64,000 nucleotides of DNA from an uncultured Verrucomicrobiae bacterium (GTDB lineage: Bacteria > Verrucomicrobiota > Verrucomicrobiia > Limisphaerales > Palsa-1400), in the NCBI GenBank assembly GCA_963764165.1, contig CAVXRD010000002.1, positions 1,056,001 through 1,120,000 of the forward strand, given 5' to 3'. A model generated the notes under the pieces. That model worked only from the letters and a program-made list of their open reading frames with translations, searched no databases and was not told the origin of the DNA. Below are positions 19,616 through 28,915 of this stretch, piece after piece. The translations under genes and the position numbers were made by a program. Each line of letters starts with the position of its first letter. Position 1 is the first letter of the stretch.

Positions 19616-19954
19616 TCAGAGGGTGGCCTTTGGTTTCGCAGCCAATTCGAGCTCGGCGGAAATGCCGGAAGTGATGAGCAGGTTGCCGATGAACCGGCGC
19701 GCTGGCCGGGGGAGTTCCTTGATGAGCGTGGGCGTCGCAACAATTTGGTTGTCACGCGCCAGCCCGGGCTGTTGGTAAATATCAATCACTTCCAGCGTGC
19801 AAATGTCTTTCAATTCCGCCTCGCAAAGCTCCCGGGCGCGGAGGATGGCTTGATGAGACCGGGCCGTGGCTCCCGCGACAAAAAGCCGCAAGACGTATTT
19901 CGCCGTCGCCGGTGCGGCGGGAGCTTTCTTGGAGCTGCTCTTTTTTTTAGTCAT
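19616..19954 (-). CDS. kaiB: KaiB family protein
   Basis: Motifs YVLRLFVAG, LEVIDIYQQP, IVATPTLIKELPRP.RRFIGNL. Confidence 0.92.
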   Translation of the reverse strand: MTKKKSSSKKAPAAPATAKYVLRLFVAGATARSHQAILRARELCEAELKDICTLEVIDIYQQPGLARDNQIVATPTLIKELPRPARRFIGNLLITSGISAELELAAKPKATL

Positions 19955-20028
19955 GCGTGATGGGCTTGGTTATTCGGATCGCCTGGTGCGGGAAAGCGAG
20001 GCGCGCCGAATCGCCGTTTTGGTTTTGA

Positions 20029-21804
20029 TCATAAAGTTCTCTTCAGCCTCCCATTGGCCGGCGCGTTGCCCCCGAGCGTCGAATCCGCCTGGCGCAAAAT
20101 GCCTAACGCCGCCCGCTCCGTGCTCAAGAGCAGATTTCGGGTTCCAACCTGTTCGGCAATGCGCCCCATTTCCACTGCCTCCGTTTCGTAATCGGCGCGC
20201 AGCGAGCTTATATGCCGTTCGAGCGCGTCGCGTTTGCGCTCCATCTCTCGCTTGAGCTTCGCGGCTTCCTGCTGGCTGGACAGCAAGGCGGCTTTTTCCA
20301 AAGCTCCTTGCGCGGCGCGGGCCGATCCGGTCAACACCCCACTGGCTCCGATATAGGCGTCGACCACGTCAATGCCGCGTCCAGAAATCAGGAATTCACG
20401 GATCTGGTTCGAGTGCGCCATGCCACGCGCCTTGAGCACGTAGAGCACGCGATTGCGTTCGCCATTGCCCTCGAAATCCTGCAGCAAAATCCATGCGTCC
20501 ATCAATGAGGACATTCCCGCTTCACTTTGTTGCAAAACATTGCCGGTGCCATGCGTAAGACTCGTGAACAGCGAAGTGGTTTGCCCCGCCTTCAGGTAAT
20601 CGATCAGCCGTGTCACCATTCCCCTGCCCTCAGAGGAGGTGCCGAGATCCATCAGGCTGGTGATCGGATCGACAATGACGACCTGCGGCTGAAATGCGGC
20701 AATCTCCTTGAACATGGTGGCCAGATGCAGCTCCAAGCCGCAAAGCGATGGCCGCGCCGAATGAAATCGCAGCAGGTTTCGCTTGATCAGCGGCTCCAGG
20801 CTGAGCCCGATCGAATGCATGTTGCGGACAATCTGGTTGGGCGACTCCTCGAATGAAAAGTAAAGCACGCGTTCTCCGCGCCGGGCTGCGGCATGGGCGA
20901 AGTTGGAGGAAATGATGGTCTTGCCGGTGCCGGCGGTGCCCGAAAGCAAAATGCTGCTGCCGCGAAAAAAACCCTTCCCGCCCAGCATCGCGTCCAGCCT
21001 TGGAACGCCAGTTGCAATCCGCTCGGTGGAAACCTTGTGGTTCAACGCCAGCGAGGTGATCGGCAGGACGCTCAGGCCCTCTTCGCCGATGAGAAATGGA
21101 AATTCATTGGTTCCGTGCGATGCGCCGCGATATTTCACCACCCGCAAATGCCGCGTGGCAATCTGGTCGCTGACCCGATGATCGAGCATGATGACGCAAT
21201 CGGACACATATTCTTCCAACCCGTTGCGCGTCAGTTGTTCGCGTCCTCGTTCCGCCGTGATGACGGCAGTCACCCCTTTGTCCTTAAGCCAGCGGAAGAG
21301 CCGCCGCAATTCGCTCCGCAGGATGGCTTCGTTGGGCAGGCTGGCAAACAGCACTTCCAGCGTGTCCAGCACCACGCGCTTGGCGCCAATGGAATCAATG
21401 GCGTGATTTAGCCGGACGAACAACCCTTCCAAATCAAACTCGCCGCTCTCCTCGATTTCACTGCGATCAATGTGGACATAATCAAGCAGCATTTTCTTGC
21501 GCCGAACCAGGTCCGCCAGATTAAATCCAAGAGACGCGACATTGGCCTCCAGCTCCGCTTCTGTCTCCTCGAACGCCATGAACACACCCGGCTCGTCAAA
21601 TTGGGTGGCGCCGCGCACAAGAAATTCCGCGGATAAAAGAGTCTTGCCACAGCCCGCGCCGCCGCAGACCAAAGTGGGCCGCCCGCGCGGCAGTCCACCA
21701 CCGGTGATTTCATCCAGCCCTTGGATGCCCGTGGGGCACTTGGGCAATTGAACAGCCGCCGAGACGGGTTTACTACCGTTGGTCTGATGTAAGGGGGTTC
21801 TCAA
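20029..21804 (-). CDS. kaiC: Circadian clock protein KaiC (double RecA-like domain)
   Basis: Two Walker A motifs (GGAGCGKT, GTAGTGKT), FEET/FEES, VVKYRG, LKARGMAHSNQIREF; phosphosite-equivalent GMSSLMD. Confidence 0.95.
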   Translation of the reverse strand: MRTPLHQTNGSKPVSAAVQLPKCPTGIQGLDEITGGGLPRGRPTLVCGGAGCGKTLLSAEFLVRGATQFDEPGVFMAFEETEAELEANVASLGFNLADLVRRKKMLLDYVHIDRSEIEESGEFDLEGLFVRLNHAIDSIGAKRVVLDTLEVLFASLPNEAILRSELRRLFRWLKDKGVTAVITAERGREQLTRNGLEEYVSDCVIMLDHRVSDQIATRHLRVVKYRGASHGTNEFPFLIGEEGLSVLPITSLALNHKVSTERIATGVPRLDAMLGGKGFFRGSSILLSGTAGTGKTIISSNFAHAAARRGERVLYFSFEESPNQIVRNMHSIGLSLEPLIKRNLLRFHSARPSLCGLELHLATMFKEIAAFQPQVVIVDPITSLMDLGTSSEGRGMVTRLIDYLKAGQTTSLFTSLTHGTGNVLQQSEAGMSSLMDAWILLQDFEGNGERNRVLYVLKARGMAHSNQIREFLISGRGIDVVDAYIGASGVLTGSARAAQGALEKAALLSSQQEAAKLKREMERKRDALERHISSLRADYETEAVEMGRIAEQVGTRNLLLSTERAALGILRQADSTLGGNAPANGRLKRTL

Positions 21805-22003
21805 CAGGAATAAAATATATGGGTCAGGTTTTCCTCATATGGGGTGTGCGCCCACCAAGTCGAGGCATCCGATAGAACAGTGCGAACCTGGAACTCTCGA
21901 ACTCAGCAAATCTCCGAAAACCGCCGCAGGTTTGCCGTTCGCCTTTGGGCATTTCCTTGCATCGCGCCCTTGTCATTCTGGCAAATGTGGTTAATCTTGC
22001 CCC

Positions 22004-22981
22004 ATGCTGAAAAAGTGTGTGAGCCTGCTTTTGCTGCTCGGTTGCGTCCCGGCCCATGCCGCGACGGTCGAGTTGAAGGGCAAGGCTTCCGTTACGGGAA
22101 CGATTTTGGCGGAAAAGAAGGACGAACTGATTCTCGATATCGGTTACACCGTCCTGATGATTCCCCGCAATCAAATCATCAAAATTCTGCATGACAACGA
22201 GGCCGCCGCCAGGAGCACGGCGCCCGCGGCTCAGGTTTCCCAGCCTTATTCATCGGATAGCTCGGTCGCCGCAACCTCGGGATTTTACCACGCGGGCAAC
22301 GGTTCCGGCCCGGAACAGAACGTTCGCGACCTGGTTAATGCCATTGGCGCGGCGGTCGTGCAGGTTCGGACGCCCGGTGGGCTTGGTTCCGGGTTCTTCA
22401 TTAATCCGGACGGCTATTTGATCACGGATTTTCACGTGGTCGAAGGCGAAACTCAAATTTCAGTCGAGGTTTATGGCTACAAAGACGGCCATCTCGAGCG
22501 CCGCTCCTACAAGCAAGTCCGCTTCGTCGCCTTGAATAAATTCGGCGATCTGGCCCTGCTGCACATCGAAGACAAAGATGCGCCGAAGTTCACCTGGGTG
22601 CCGCTGGGGGAATCTGACAAGCTCTCGGTCGGCGACCACGTTTTTGCCATCGGCAGCCCGCTCGGTTTGGAGCGCACGGTGACTGAGGGCATTCTCAGCA
22701 CCAAGACGCGGGAAGTGGAAGGCGGCCTTTACCTGCAAACCTCCGCCCAGATCAATCCGGGCAACAGCGGCGGGCCCTTGTTCAATTTGCGCGGCGAAGT
22801 CGTCGGCGTGACGAATATGAAATTGACCTTCGGCGAAGGCCTGGGATTCGCCATTCCAGCCGAGTTTGTCAAATACTTTTTGAATCATCGCGATGCCTTC
22901 GCGTATGACAACGATAACCCCATCAGCCCCTATCGCTATCTCGAGCCGCCCAGCCGCGTCAAAAAGGCCGCGGCCGAATAA
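22004..22981 (+). CDS. Secreted trypsin-like (S1C/HtrA-like) serine protease without PDZ
   Basis: Motifs GSGFF, TDFHVV, DLALL, INPGNSGGPL; signal peptide. Confidence 0.88.
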   Translation: MLKKCVSLLLLLGCVPAHAATVELKGKASVTGTILAEKKDELILDIGYTVLMIPRNQIIKILHDNEAAARSTAPAAQVSQPYSSDSSVAATSGFYHAGNGSGPEQNVRDLVNAIGAAVVQVRTPGGLGSGFFINPDGYLITDFHVVEGETQISVEVYGYKDGHLERRSYKQVRFVALNKFGDLALLHIEDKDAPKFTWVPLGESDKLSVGDHVFAIGSPLGLERTVTEGILSTKTREVEGGLYLQTSAQINPGNSGGPLFNLRGEVVGVTNMKLTFGEGLGFAIPAEFVKYFLNHRDAFAYDNDNPISPYRYLEPPSRVKKAAAE

Positions 22982-23005
22982 GCCAACCATTTCAATTCCA
23001 AACCC

Positions 23006-24886
23006 ATGAGAAAATCTTCACGATTCGCGCTGGCCATTGGGCTGGCGGCGGCGATTTGCGCACAAGTCCGGGCCGCCGTTCCTCCGCCCGACAAATTGCT
23101 TCCCAAGGACACGATGCTGGTGCTGACCGCGCCGGATTGGTCCAAGGGCACGATGTTCTCGAGCAATCAGCCGTTCGCCAAGATGTGGCGCGACCCGGCG
23201 ATGAAGCCGTTCCGCGACAAGTTCGTGGACAAGCTGGAAACCTCCGTGGTCGGGCCACTGGAAAAGTCTCTCGGCTTCAAGCTGGCGGATTACATGGGGC
23301 TGGCCAACGGGCAAGTGACGTTCGCCGTCATCCCAGTGACGCCAAAGAGCGCGTCCGACGCGCCGCTGGCGCTCGTGTTCCTGATGGAATCCAAGGACCA
23401 CGCCGCCGATCTAAAGTCCAAGCTCGCGGATATTACCAAGAAATGGACGGACGCGAGCAAGCCGCTCAAATCCGAAAAGATCCGCTCCTCCGAGTTTAAC
23501 ACATTCTTCATTTCGCAGGACGATCTTTCGATGTCGAAAATTTTCCCGGGCGCGAAAGAAGAGGATGCCGCCGCGCCTTCCACCAACAAAATCGCGCTGA
23601 CCATCGGCCAGTCGGACACGCTGCTGGTGGTTTCGACTTCGCCGGAAGCCGTCGACAAGATTTTGGGCCGCCAGAGTGGCGGGATGATTCCGGCGCTGGA
23701 GGAATCACCGCAATTTGCGGCGGATTACGGCGCCCGCCTGCGCGAATCGCCCGCTTATTTCTGGATGAACTCGAAGGGAGCGGTCGAATTGCTCGCCAAA
23801 GCTGCCGCGGCGGGCGACGATTCAGGCAACAGCCCATTTCATCTTGACACGATTATTGGCGCGCTGGGATTGAGCACTTTGAATTCCGTTTCGCTGGCCT
23901 ACAAGACGTATCCCGAAGGCGAAGGGACGCAATTTTTCATGGCCATGCCGCAGGACAAGCGCCCGCCGCTTTTGAAAATGCTGATCGCGGACGCGAAGGA
24001 TTCCTCGCCGCCCAGCTTCGTGCCGGCGGACGCCGTCAAGTTCACACGCTGGCGCTTGAACATTCAGCGCAGTTGGAAAACGCTGCAAGACATGTTGAAC
24101 GACGTTGTCCCGCCGCAAATCATGGCCCAGATCAACATGGTCTTCGGCATGGCCGGCAAGGACAAGGACGAGAAATATGATTTGAAGGCCGAGCTGCTCG
24201 ATAATATGGGTGATGACATCATCACGTATTCCAAGGCGCCGAAAGGCCACACCTTCGCGGATCTCAAGGAGCAGCCTTCGATCATCCTGCTTTCCTCGCC
24301 CAACCCCGACAGGCTCGTCGCGGCCGTCAAGGTTGTGCTTTCGATACCGCTTCAGGGAGCGCCCATCGCTGAACGCGAATTTCTTGGACGCAAAATTTAC
24401 AGCATTTCCAGCCCGGCGGTTGAAGGCAAGGCCGCATCCCCCATGGTGAGTTTTACCGCCAGCGGCGGATACCTGGCTGTCTCGTCGGACAACGGCATCC
24501 TGGAGGAATTCATCCGCAGCGGCGACAGCAAAGGCAAATCTCTGAGCGATATGCCCGGTCTGGCGGACGCCGCGCAGAAGGTGGGCGGAATGGGGACGGG
24601 ATTGTTCGGTTTCGAGAACGATGTCCAGACGATGCGTTTCGTCTATGAAACGCTTCGCACGCAGCCCTTCAACATGACGGAGCTGATGGGGACAACTCTT
24701 CCACCGGGATTGCCCATGATGGACTCCGTGGGCAAGACAGTTAATGAATGGTTGGATTTCACATTGCTTCCACCATTTGATGCCGTCTCCAAATACTTCC
24801 ACTTCACGGTATACAGCGGAGTTTCATCACCGGAAGGCTATGCGCTAAAAGGATTCTCGCCTTCCCCGCCCAAATCACGGCAGTAG
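23006..24886 (+). CDS. Secreted hypothetical protein (DUF3352-like)
   Basis: 626 aa with signal peptide; strongly biased codon usage; two similar halves (LLPKDT / FVPADA). Confidence 0.55.
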   Translation: MRKSSRFALAIGLAAAICAQVRAAVPPPDKLLPKDTMLVLTAPDWSKGTMFSSNQPFAKMWRDPAMKPFRDKFVDKLETSVVGPLEKSLGFKLADYMGLANGQVTFAVIPVTPKSASDAPLALVFLMESKDHAADLKSKLADITKKWTDASKPLKSEKIRSSEFNTFFISQDDLSMSKIFPGAKEEDAAAPSTNKIALTIGQSDTLLVVSTSPEAVDKILGRQSGGMIPALEESPQFAADYGARLRESPAYFWMNSKGAVELLAKAAAAGDDSGNSPFHLDTIIGALGLSTLNSVSLAYKTYPEGEGTQFFMAMPQDKRPPLLKMLIADAKDSSPPSFVPADAVKFTRWRLNIQRSWKTLQDMLNDVVPPQIMAQINMVFGMAGKDKDEKYDLKAELLDNMGDDIITYSKAPKGHTFADLKEQPSIILLSSPNPDRLVAAVKVVLSIPLQGAPIAEREFLGRKIYSISSPAVEGKAASPMVSFTASGGYLAVSSDNGILEEFIRSGDSKGKSLSDMPGLADAAQKVGGMGTGLFGFENDVQTMRFVYETLRTQPFNMTELMGTTLPPGLPMMDSVGKTVNEWLDFTLLPPFDAVSKYFHFTVYSGVSSPEGYALKGFSPSPPKSRQ

Positions 24887-24910
24887 CCAGACGCCGATGG
24901 GTTCTGAAGT

Positions 24911-25005
24911 TAAACGGGAGGAAAACCGAGAGAACAGAGGAAAACGTCTTTTGCCCGACGACAATGTGTTTTTCTCTCCGTTACCTCGGTCTTGCTCCTG
25001 TGAAA
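24911..25005. repeat. Imperfect inverted repeat, same family as 2707-2818
   Basis: Left arm aaacgggaggaaaaccgagagaacagagg closely matches the reverse complement of 2785-2813. Confidence 0.6.
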
Positions 25006-25189
25006 ATGGCTTTTCATTCCGGGTGGTGGACGCAGTCCATGAAAACTCCTGTGCAAATTTTTGTTTGTTGCTCGTGGGCGTCGGGAAGTGTTAAACCGCC
25101 GCTGCAGGTTGCGGATTTGCCGTCCACCTTTATGTTGGCAGAAAACGAGTCGTCTCGTTTCTCGACTTAACACAACGAACTAAATAATT

Positions 25190-25651
25190 ATGAGCACACC
25201 TGCTATCAGCGCCCCCGATCTCACCCAGCGTCCGCCCCGCAGCGTCCGCGTCCGCCTCGGCGGTTATGCCGGGCTTCCTCGCATGATCGACAAGGGCCGC
25301 GCCACCATCATCGGCAAAAACGGCGAATACCACTTCGACTGCCCGCTGGATAAGCGCGTCCTCAGCTTCATCGGCGTCGAAGCCGAAGCGTTGAAGGCCG
25401 AACTGGCCGCCGGAAAAGGCGACGGCGAAATCCTCGAGTGGATCAACGCCAATTCGAAAACGAAACCTTCCGAATGGGAAACCACGCAATGGTCCGCCTA
25501 CATGGAAAATCGCGGCCCCGGCAGCGATCCTGAAACCCTTGGCTACTTCACCAACATGCTCAGCAGCCTCACCAAGACCCGCGAAGACATCAGCAGTTGG
25601 GCCGATCTGCTTGACTTGGACGACTACGTCAGCTTCGGTGGCAAAGCCTGA
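25190..25651 (+). CDS. DUF5069 domain protein
   Basis: Motifs PPRSVRVRLGG, LPRMIDKGRA, GEYHFDCPLD, DLLDLDD. Confidence 0.75.
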   Translation: MSTPAISAPDLTQRPPRSVRVRLGGYAGLPRMIDKGRATIIGKNGEYHFDCPLDKRVLSFIGVEAEALKAELAAGKGDGEILEWINANSKTKPSEWETTQWSAYMENRGPGSDPETLGYFTNMLSSLTKTREDISSWADLLDLDDYVSFGGKA

Positions 25652-25826
25652 TCGATTAGATTCGTTTATTTGACAATGCCTCCGCGCCGAAGGGATGCGT
25701 TCAGCGTGGGCGCCGAGCGCGACATCCCGACAAGTCGGGACGTGTGCTCCCCAATCCCAGATTCCGGGGAGCGCACGCGCCCGCGTGCAGCGGGACGCGC
25801 CTCGCGTCCCGCATCTTCGTCGCGGA

Positions 25827-26666
25827 TCACTCGCGCGTTACCGTTCCTTCGATCAATCCGTGCGGCTCGTCGGTTGGGAGGAAAATCTGGTTCTTGTTTT
25901 CCAATCCAAATGGCGACAGGTTCACGAGCAGGCAATGCTTGTTCGGCATCGCGATTTGCACCGATTCGATTTCTCCCACCGCCTTCAACGCGGCCTCACC
26001 CATCTGGAACAGCGTCACTTGCGCCGAGGGGCTGTAGGTTTCAGCGAAGACTTTCAACATGGCATCCAAAATTTGGAAGTTTGAGTGGCTAAAAAGGGCC
26101 GGCCTGCCGCGATAGGCCCAGGTGGCTTTCATTTGCGTGGCGAAGATTCGGTCACGCGTCTCAGGCAGCGTTGTGTATTTGTCTTTGGAAAATCCTTCAA
26201 AGCCCGATTCCGTGCTCTTCAATATCACTAAATCCTCCACGCCGGAACGAATCTCCATTTTCCCTTTCGCCGCGCAAACTTCGGCAAAGGGGCGCGCGGG
26301 GCCGGATTCGGTGAAGCTGTGCGCGTGCGGTCTGCCTTCGAAACTCATTCTTTGCCATGAACGCTCTGTCAAACGAATCGTGGCGCGGGAAACCTGGGCG
26401 TAGGTTTTCACAAAATGTTCGGCGAGATAAATGCCGAACTCTTCCGTCTCCTGCCTCAAGTGCTCAAGCGCCAAAGCCTGCACGGTGTTTTTCATCGTAT
26501 CGGTGGGAACGACCCGGCTGTTGTCGGACTTGGTGTAAGACGCTTCGAAATCGCCTTCCAATTTCACGGCGACGATGAGCTCTTTGACGGTGTGACGGTC
26601 GCCGGAGCGGAGGATTTTCATCACCCGGACGCGGGCTTTTCCATAGGAAGAATGGATAAGTTTCAT
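25827..26666 (-). CDS. pucL: Urate oxidase (factor-independent uricase)
   Basis: Motifs YGKARV, DNSRVVPTDTMKN, LKSTESGFEGF, TTLPETRDRI, SPSAQ, MPNKH, PHGLI. Confidence 0.93.
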   Translation of the reverse strand: MKLIHSSYGKARVRVMKILRSGDRHTVKELIVAVKLEGDFEASYTKSDNSRVVPTDTMKNTVQALALEHLRQETEEFGIYLAEHFVKTYAQVSRATIRLTERSWQRMSFEGRPHAHSFTESGPARPFAEVCAAKGKMEIRSGVEDLVILKSTESGFEGFSKDKYTTLPETRDRIFATQMKATWAYRGRPALFSHSNFQILDAMLKVFAETYSPSAQVTLFQMGEAALKAVGEIESVQIAMPNKHCLLVNLSPFGLENKNQIFLPTDEPHGLIEGTVTRE

Positions 26667-26704
26667 ATCGCTTTGCCGATGCTGGCGGCTATCGTAAAGA
26701 GGTT

Positions 26705-27580
26705 GTGCGGGATGACACGATAAAAAAACGCCTAAGCCTCGAAGAGCTGAATCGTTTGACGCCGGAGCAATTTGTCTCCGTCGCCGGCCCTGTCTTTGAA
26801 TGTTCCCCGTGGATCGCTGGCGCCACGGCGAGCCGGCGGCCGTTTTCGAGCATCGAGCATGCCCTCGCCGAATTGCGCTCGACCGTTCTGGCCGCCGGAA
26901 CCGAGCAAAAACTTGATTTGATCCGCGCCCATCCCGATCTTGTCGGTCGCGCGTCCCTCGCGGGAACGCTCACTGCCGAATCAACGCGCGAGCAGTCTGC
27001 TGCCGGACTCGGCAATTTGTCACCGAAAGAAATCCAGCTTTTCCAATCCAATAACGCCGCCTACCGCGAGAAGTTTGGTTTTCCATTCGTGATTTGCGCG
27101 CGGCTCAATAAAAAGGAAGCCATCCTCGCCGGTTTCCAACAACGCCTTCCACACACGCGAGAGCAGGAAATCGACAGCGCGCTGGAAGAAATTTTCAAAA
27201 TCGCCGAACTGCGCTTGCGCGACATCGTCGACACCGGAAAGCCCGCGAAACTCAGCACACACGTCCTCGACACAACGCGCGGCTGTCCCGCCGACGGAAT
27301 GCGCATCGAGCTTTGGTCTCTCGACGGCGCGGATCGCACGTTAATCAAAGGCGCCGAAACCAATGCCGATGGCCGCACGGACGCGCCGCTGCTCGAAGGC
27401 GGCGATGTCCGCGATGGTCAATACGAATTAATTTTTTTCGTGGGAGATTATTTCAACAATCCGGCCGGCGAGCGTTTTTTGGATCGAGTCCCTGTTCGCT
27501 TTCAATTGAAGGCGGGCGGCGCGTATCACGTTCCGCTGTTGTGCTCGCCGTGGTCGTATTCAACCTATCGAGGAAGCTGA
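26705..27580 (+). CDS. uraD: Fused OHCU decarboxylase (UraD) - 5-hydroxyisourate hydrolase (UraH)
   Basis: N-half FECSPW, AHPDL, STREQ, Y.EKFGFPFVI; C-half LSTHVLD, TNADGR, YHVPLL, terminal YRGS. Confidence 0.92.
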   Translation: MRDDTIKKRLSLEELNRLTPEQFVSVAGPVFECSPWIAGATASRRPFSSIEHALAELRSTVLAAGTEQKLDLIRAHPDLVGRASLAGTLTAESTREQSAAGLGNLSPKEIQLFQSNNAAYREKFGFPFVICARLNKKEAILAGFQQRLPHTREQEIDSALEEIFKIAELRLRDIVDTGKPAKLSTHVLDTTRGCPADGMRIELWSLDGADRTLIKGAETNADGRTDAPLLEGGDVRDGQYELIFFVGDYFNNPAGERFLDRVPVRFQLKAGGAYHVPLLCSPWSYSTYRGS

Positions 27581-27581
27581 C

Positions 27582-28808
27582 ATGGCTCTTGCCACACAAA
27601 TATGTCGCCGAATCGAAGAACTGGGAGCCATCAGCGACGTGCCGGGCCAATTGACGCGGCTCTTCGGCGGTCACGGAATGCGCGCAGCCACCCATGCCGT
27701 CGCCACATGGATGGAACAGGCGGGCATGACTGTCCGGCGGGATGCCATCGGAAACCTCATCGGCCGGCATCCCGGCGCCGGCCCAAAAACCTTGCTGCTT
27801 GGCTCTCATCTTGACACGGTGCGCAACGCGGGAAAATTCGACGGGGTACTGGGCGTCCTCCTCGCCATCGCATGCGTCGAACGCTGCCGCGAATGGAATC
27901 GTCCCCTGCCCTTTTCAATTGAAGTCATAGCATTTTCTGAGGAAGAGGGCGTCCGCTACCAAACCGCCTATCTCGGCAGCCGCGCCATGGCGGGAACGTT
28001 CGATGTTCGCGATTTGGATCGACTGGATGCTGACGGGGTGATGATGGGGGACGCGATTCTAGTCTCCGGCGGAAATCCGGCTCACCTCGATTCGTGCCGC
28101 CTCAACAAAGATTCGCTGCTCGGTTACGTGGAAGCGCACATCGAACAAGGGCCAGTTTTGGATCGCCACCAGGAAGCGATTGGATTGGTTTCGGCCATCG
28201 CCGGGCAGACGCGGGCGCGGCTGGACTTTATTTCCGGCGCGGGGCACGCCGGCACCGTCCCGATGACGTTGCGCCGCGATGCCCTTTGCGCCGCCGCCGA
28301 ATTTATTCTCGGCGTCGAGATGCACGCGCGGCAAATTCCGGGACTCGTCGCGACCGTGGGCCAAATTTCCGTCGAACCGAACGCGGCCAATGTCATCCCC
28401 GGCACGGCCCGTTTGTCCCTCGATGTTCGCCACCAGGACGACGGCGCGCGAAAGGATGCCTGCAAACATTTTCACCGGCTTATTGAAAGCATCGCGATAC
28501 GGCGCCAGCTAAAATGTTCGTGGAACATCGTGCAGGAGACGGCCTCTGTCCCGTGCGCGGCGGGACTTTCCGCGGTGCTCGAAAAGGCCGCGCTGCAACA
28601 CCAGCCGGAAGTTCGCTGGCTGGCCAGCGGCGCGGGCCACGATGCCGCCGTGATGGCCGCCATCGCCCCGGTCGCGATGCTTTTCGTGTGCTGCCGCGAC
28701 GGCTTGAGTCATCATCCTGACGAATACGTTCGCGAGGAGGACATCCGTATCGCGCTTTCGGTGCTGGTGGATTTTATCATGATGCTGGCGGAGCGGCATG
28801 AAATGTAA
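27582..28808 (+). CDS. allC: Allantoate amidohydrolase (M20 family)
   Basis: Motifs GSHLDTV, FDGVLG, EEEGVRY, EAHIEQGP, GHAGT, SGAGHDA, SHHPDE; purine-catabolism context. Confidence 0.88.
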   Translation: MALATQICRRIEELGAISDVPGQLTRLFGGHGMRAATHAVATWMEQAGMTVRRDAIGNLIGRHPGAGPKTLLLGSHLDTVRNAGKFDGVLGVLLAIACVERCREWNRPLPFSIEVIAFSEEEGVRYQTAYLGSRAMAGTFDVRDLDRLDADGVMMGDAILVSGGNPAHLDSCRLNKDSLLGYVEAHIEQGPVLDRHQEAIGLVSAIAGQTRARLDFISGAGHAGTVPMTLRRDALCAAAEFILGVEMHARQIPGLVATVGQISVEPNAANVIPGTARLSLDVRHQDDGARKDACKHFHRLIESIAIRRQLKCSWNIVQETASVPCAAGLSAVLEKAALQHQPEVRWLASGAGHDAAVMAAIAPVAMLFVCCRDGLSHHPDEYVREEDIRIALSVLVDFIMMLAERHEM

Positions 28809-28820
28809 TTGCGAAAGCAA

Positions 28821-28902
28821 GGCAGGTACGCCTCGCCGAGGCGTCCGGTTGCGTGTGAATAACGCTTTGGGCCCGGACGGCTCGGCGAGCCGTCCCTACC
28901 TC
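28821..28902. repeat. REP-like palindromic element (CTCGCCGAG/CTCGGCGAG family)
   Basis: Arms ggtacgcctcgccgaggcgtccgg and ccggacggctcggcgagccgtccctacc; a related half-copy lies at ~59938-59962. Confidence 0.6.
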
Positions 28903-28915
28903 GCCCAAAACCGCC

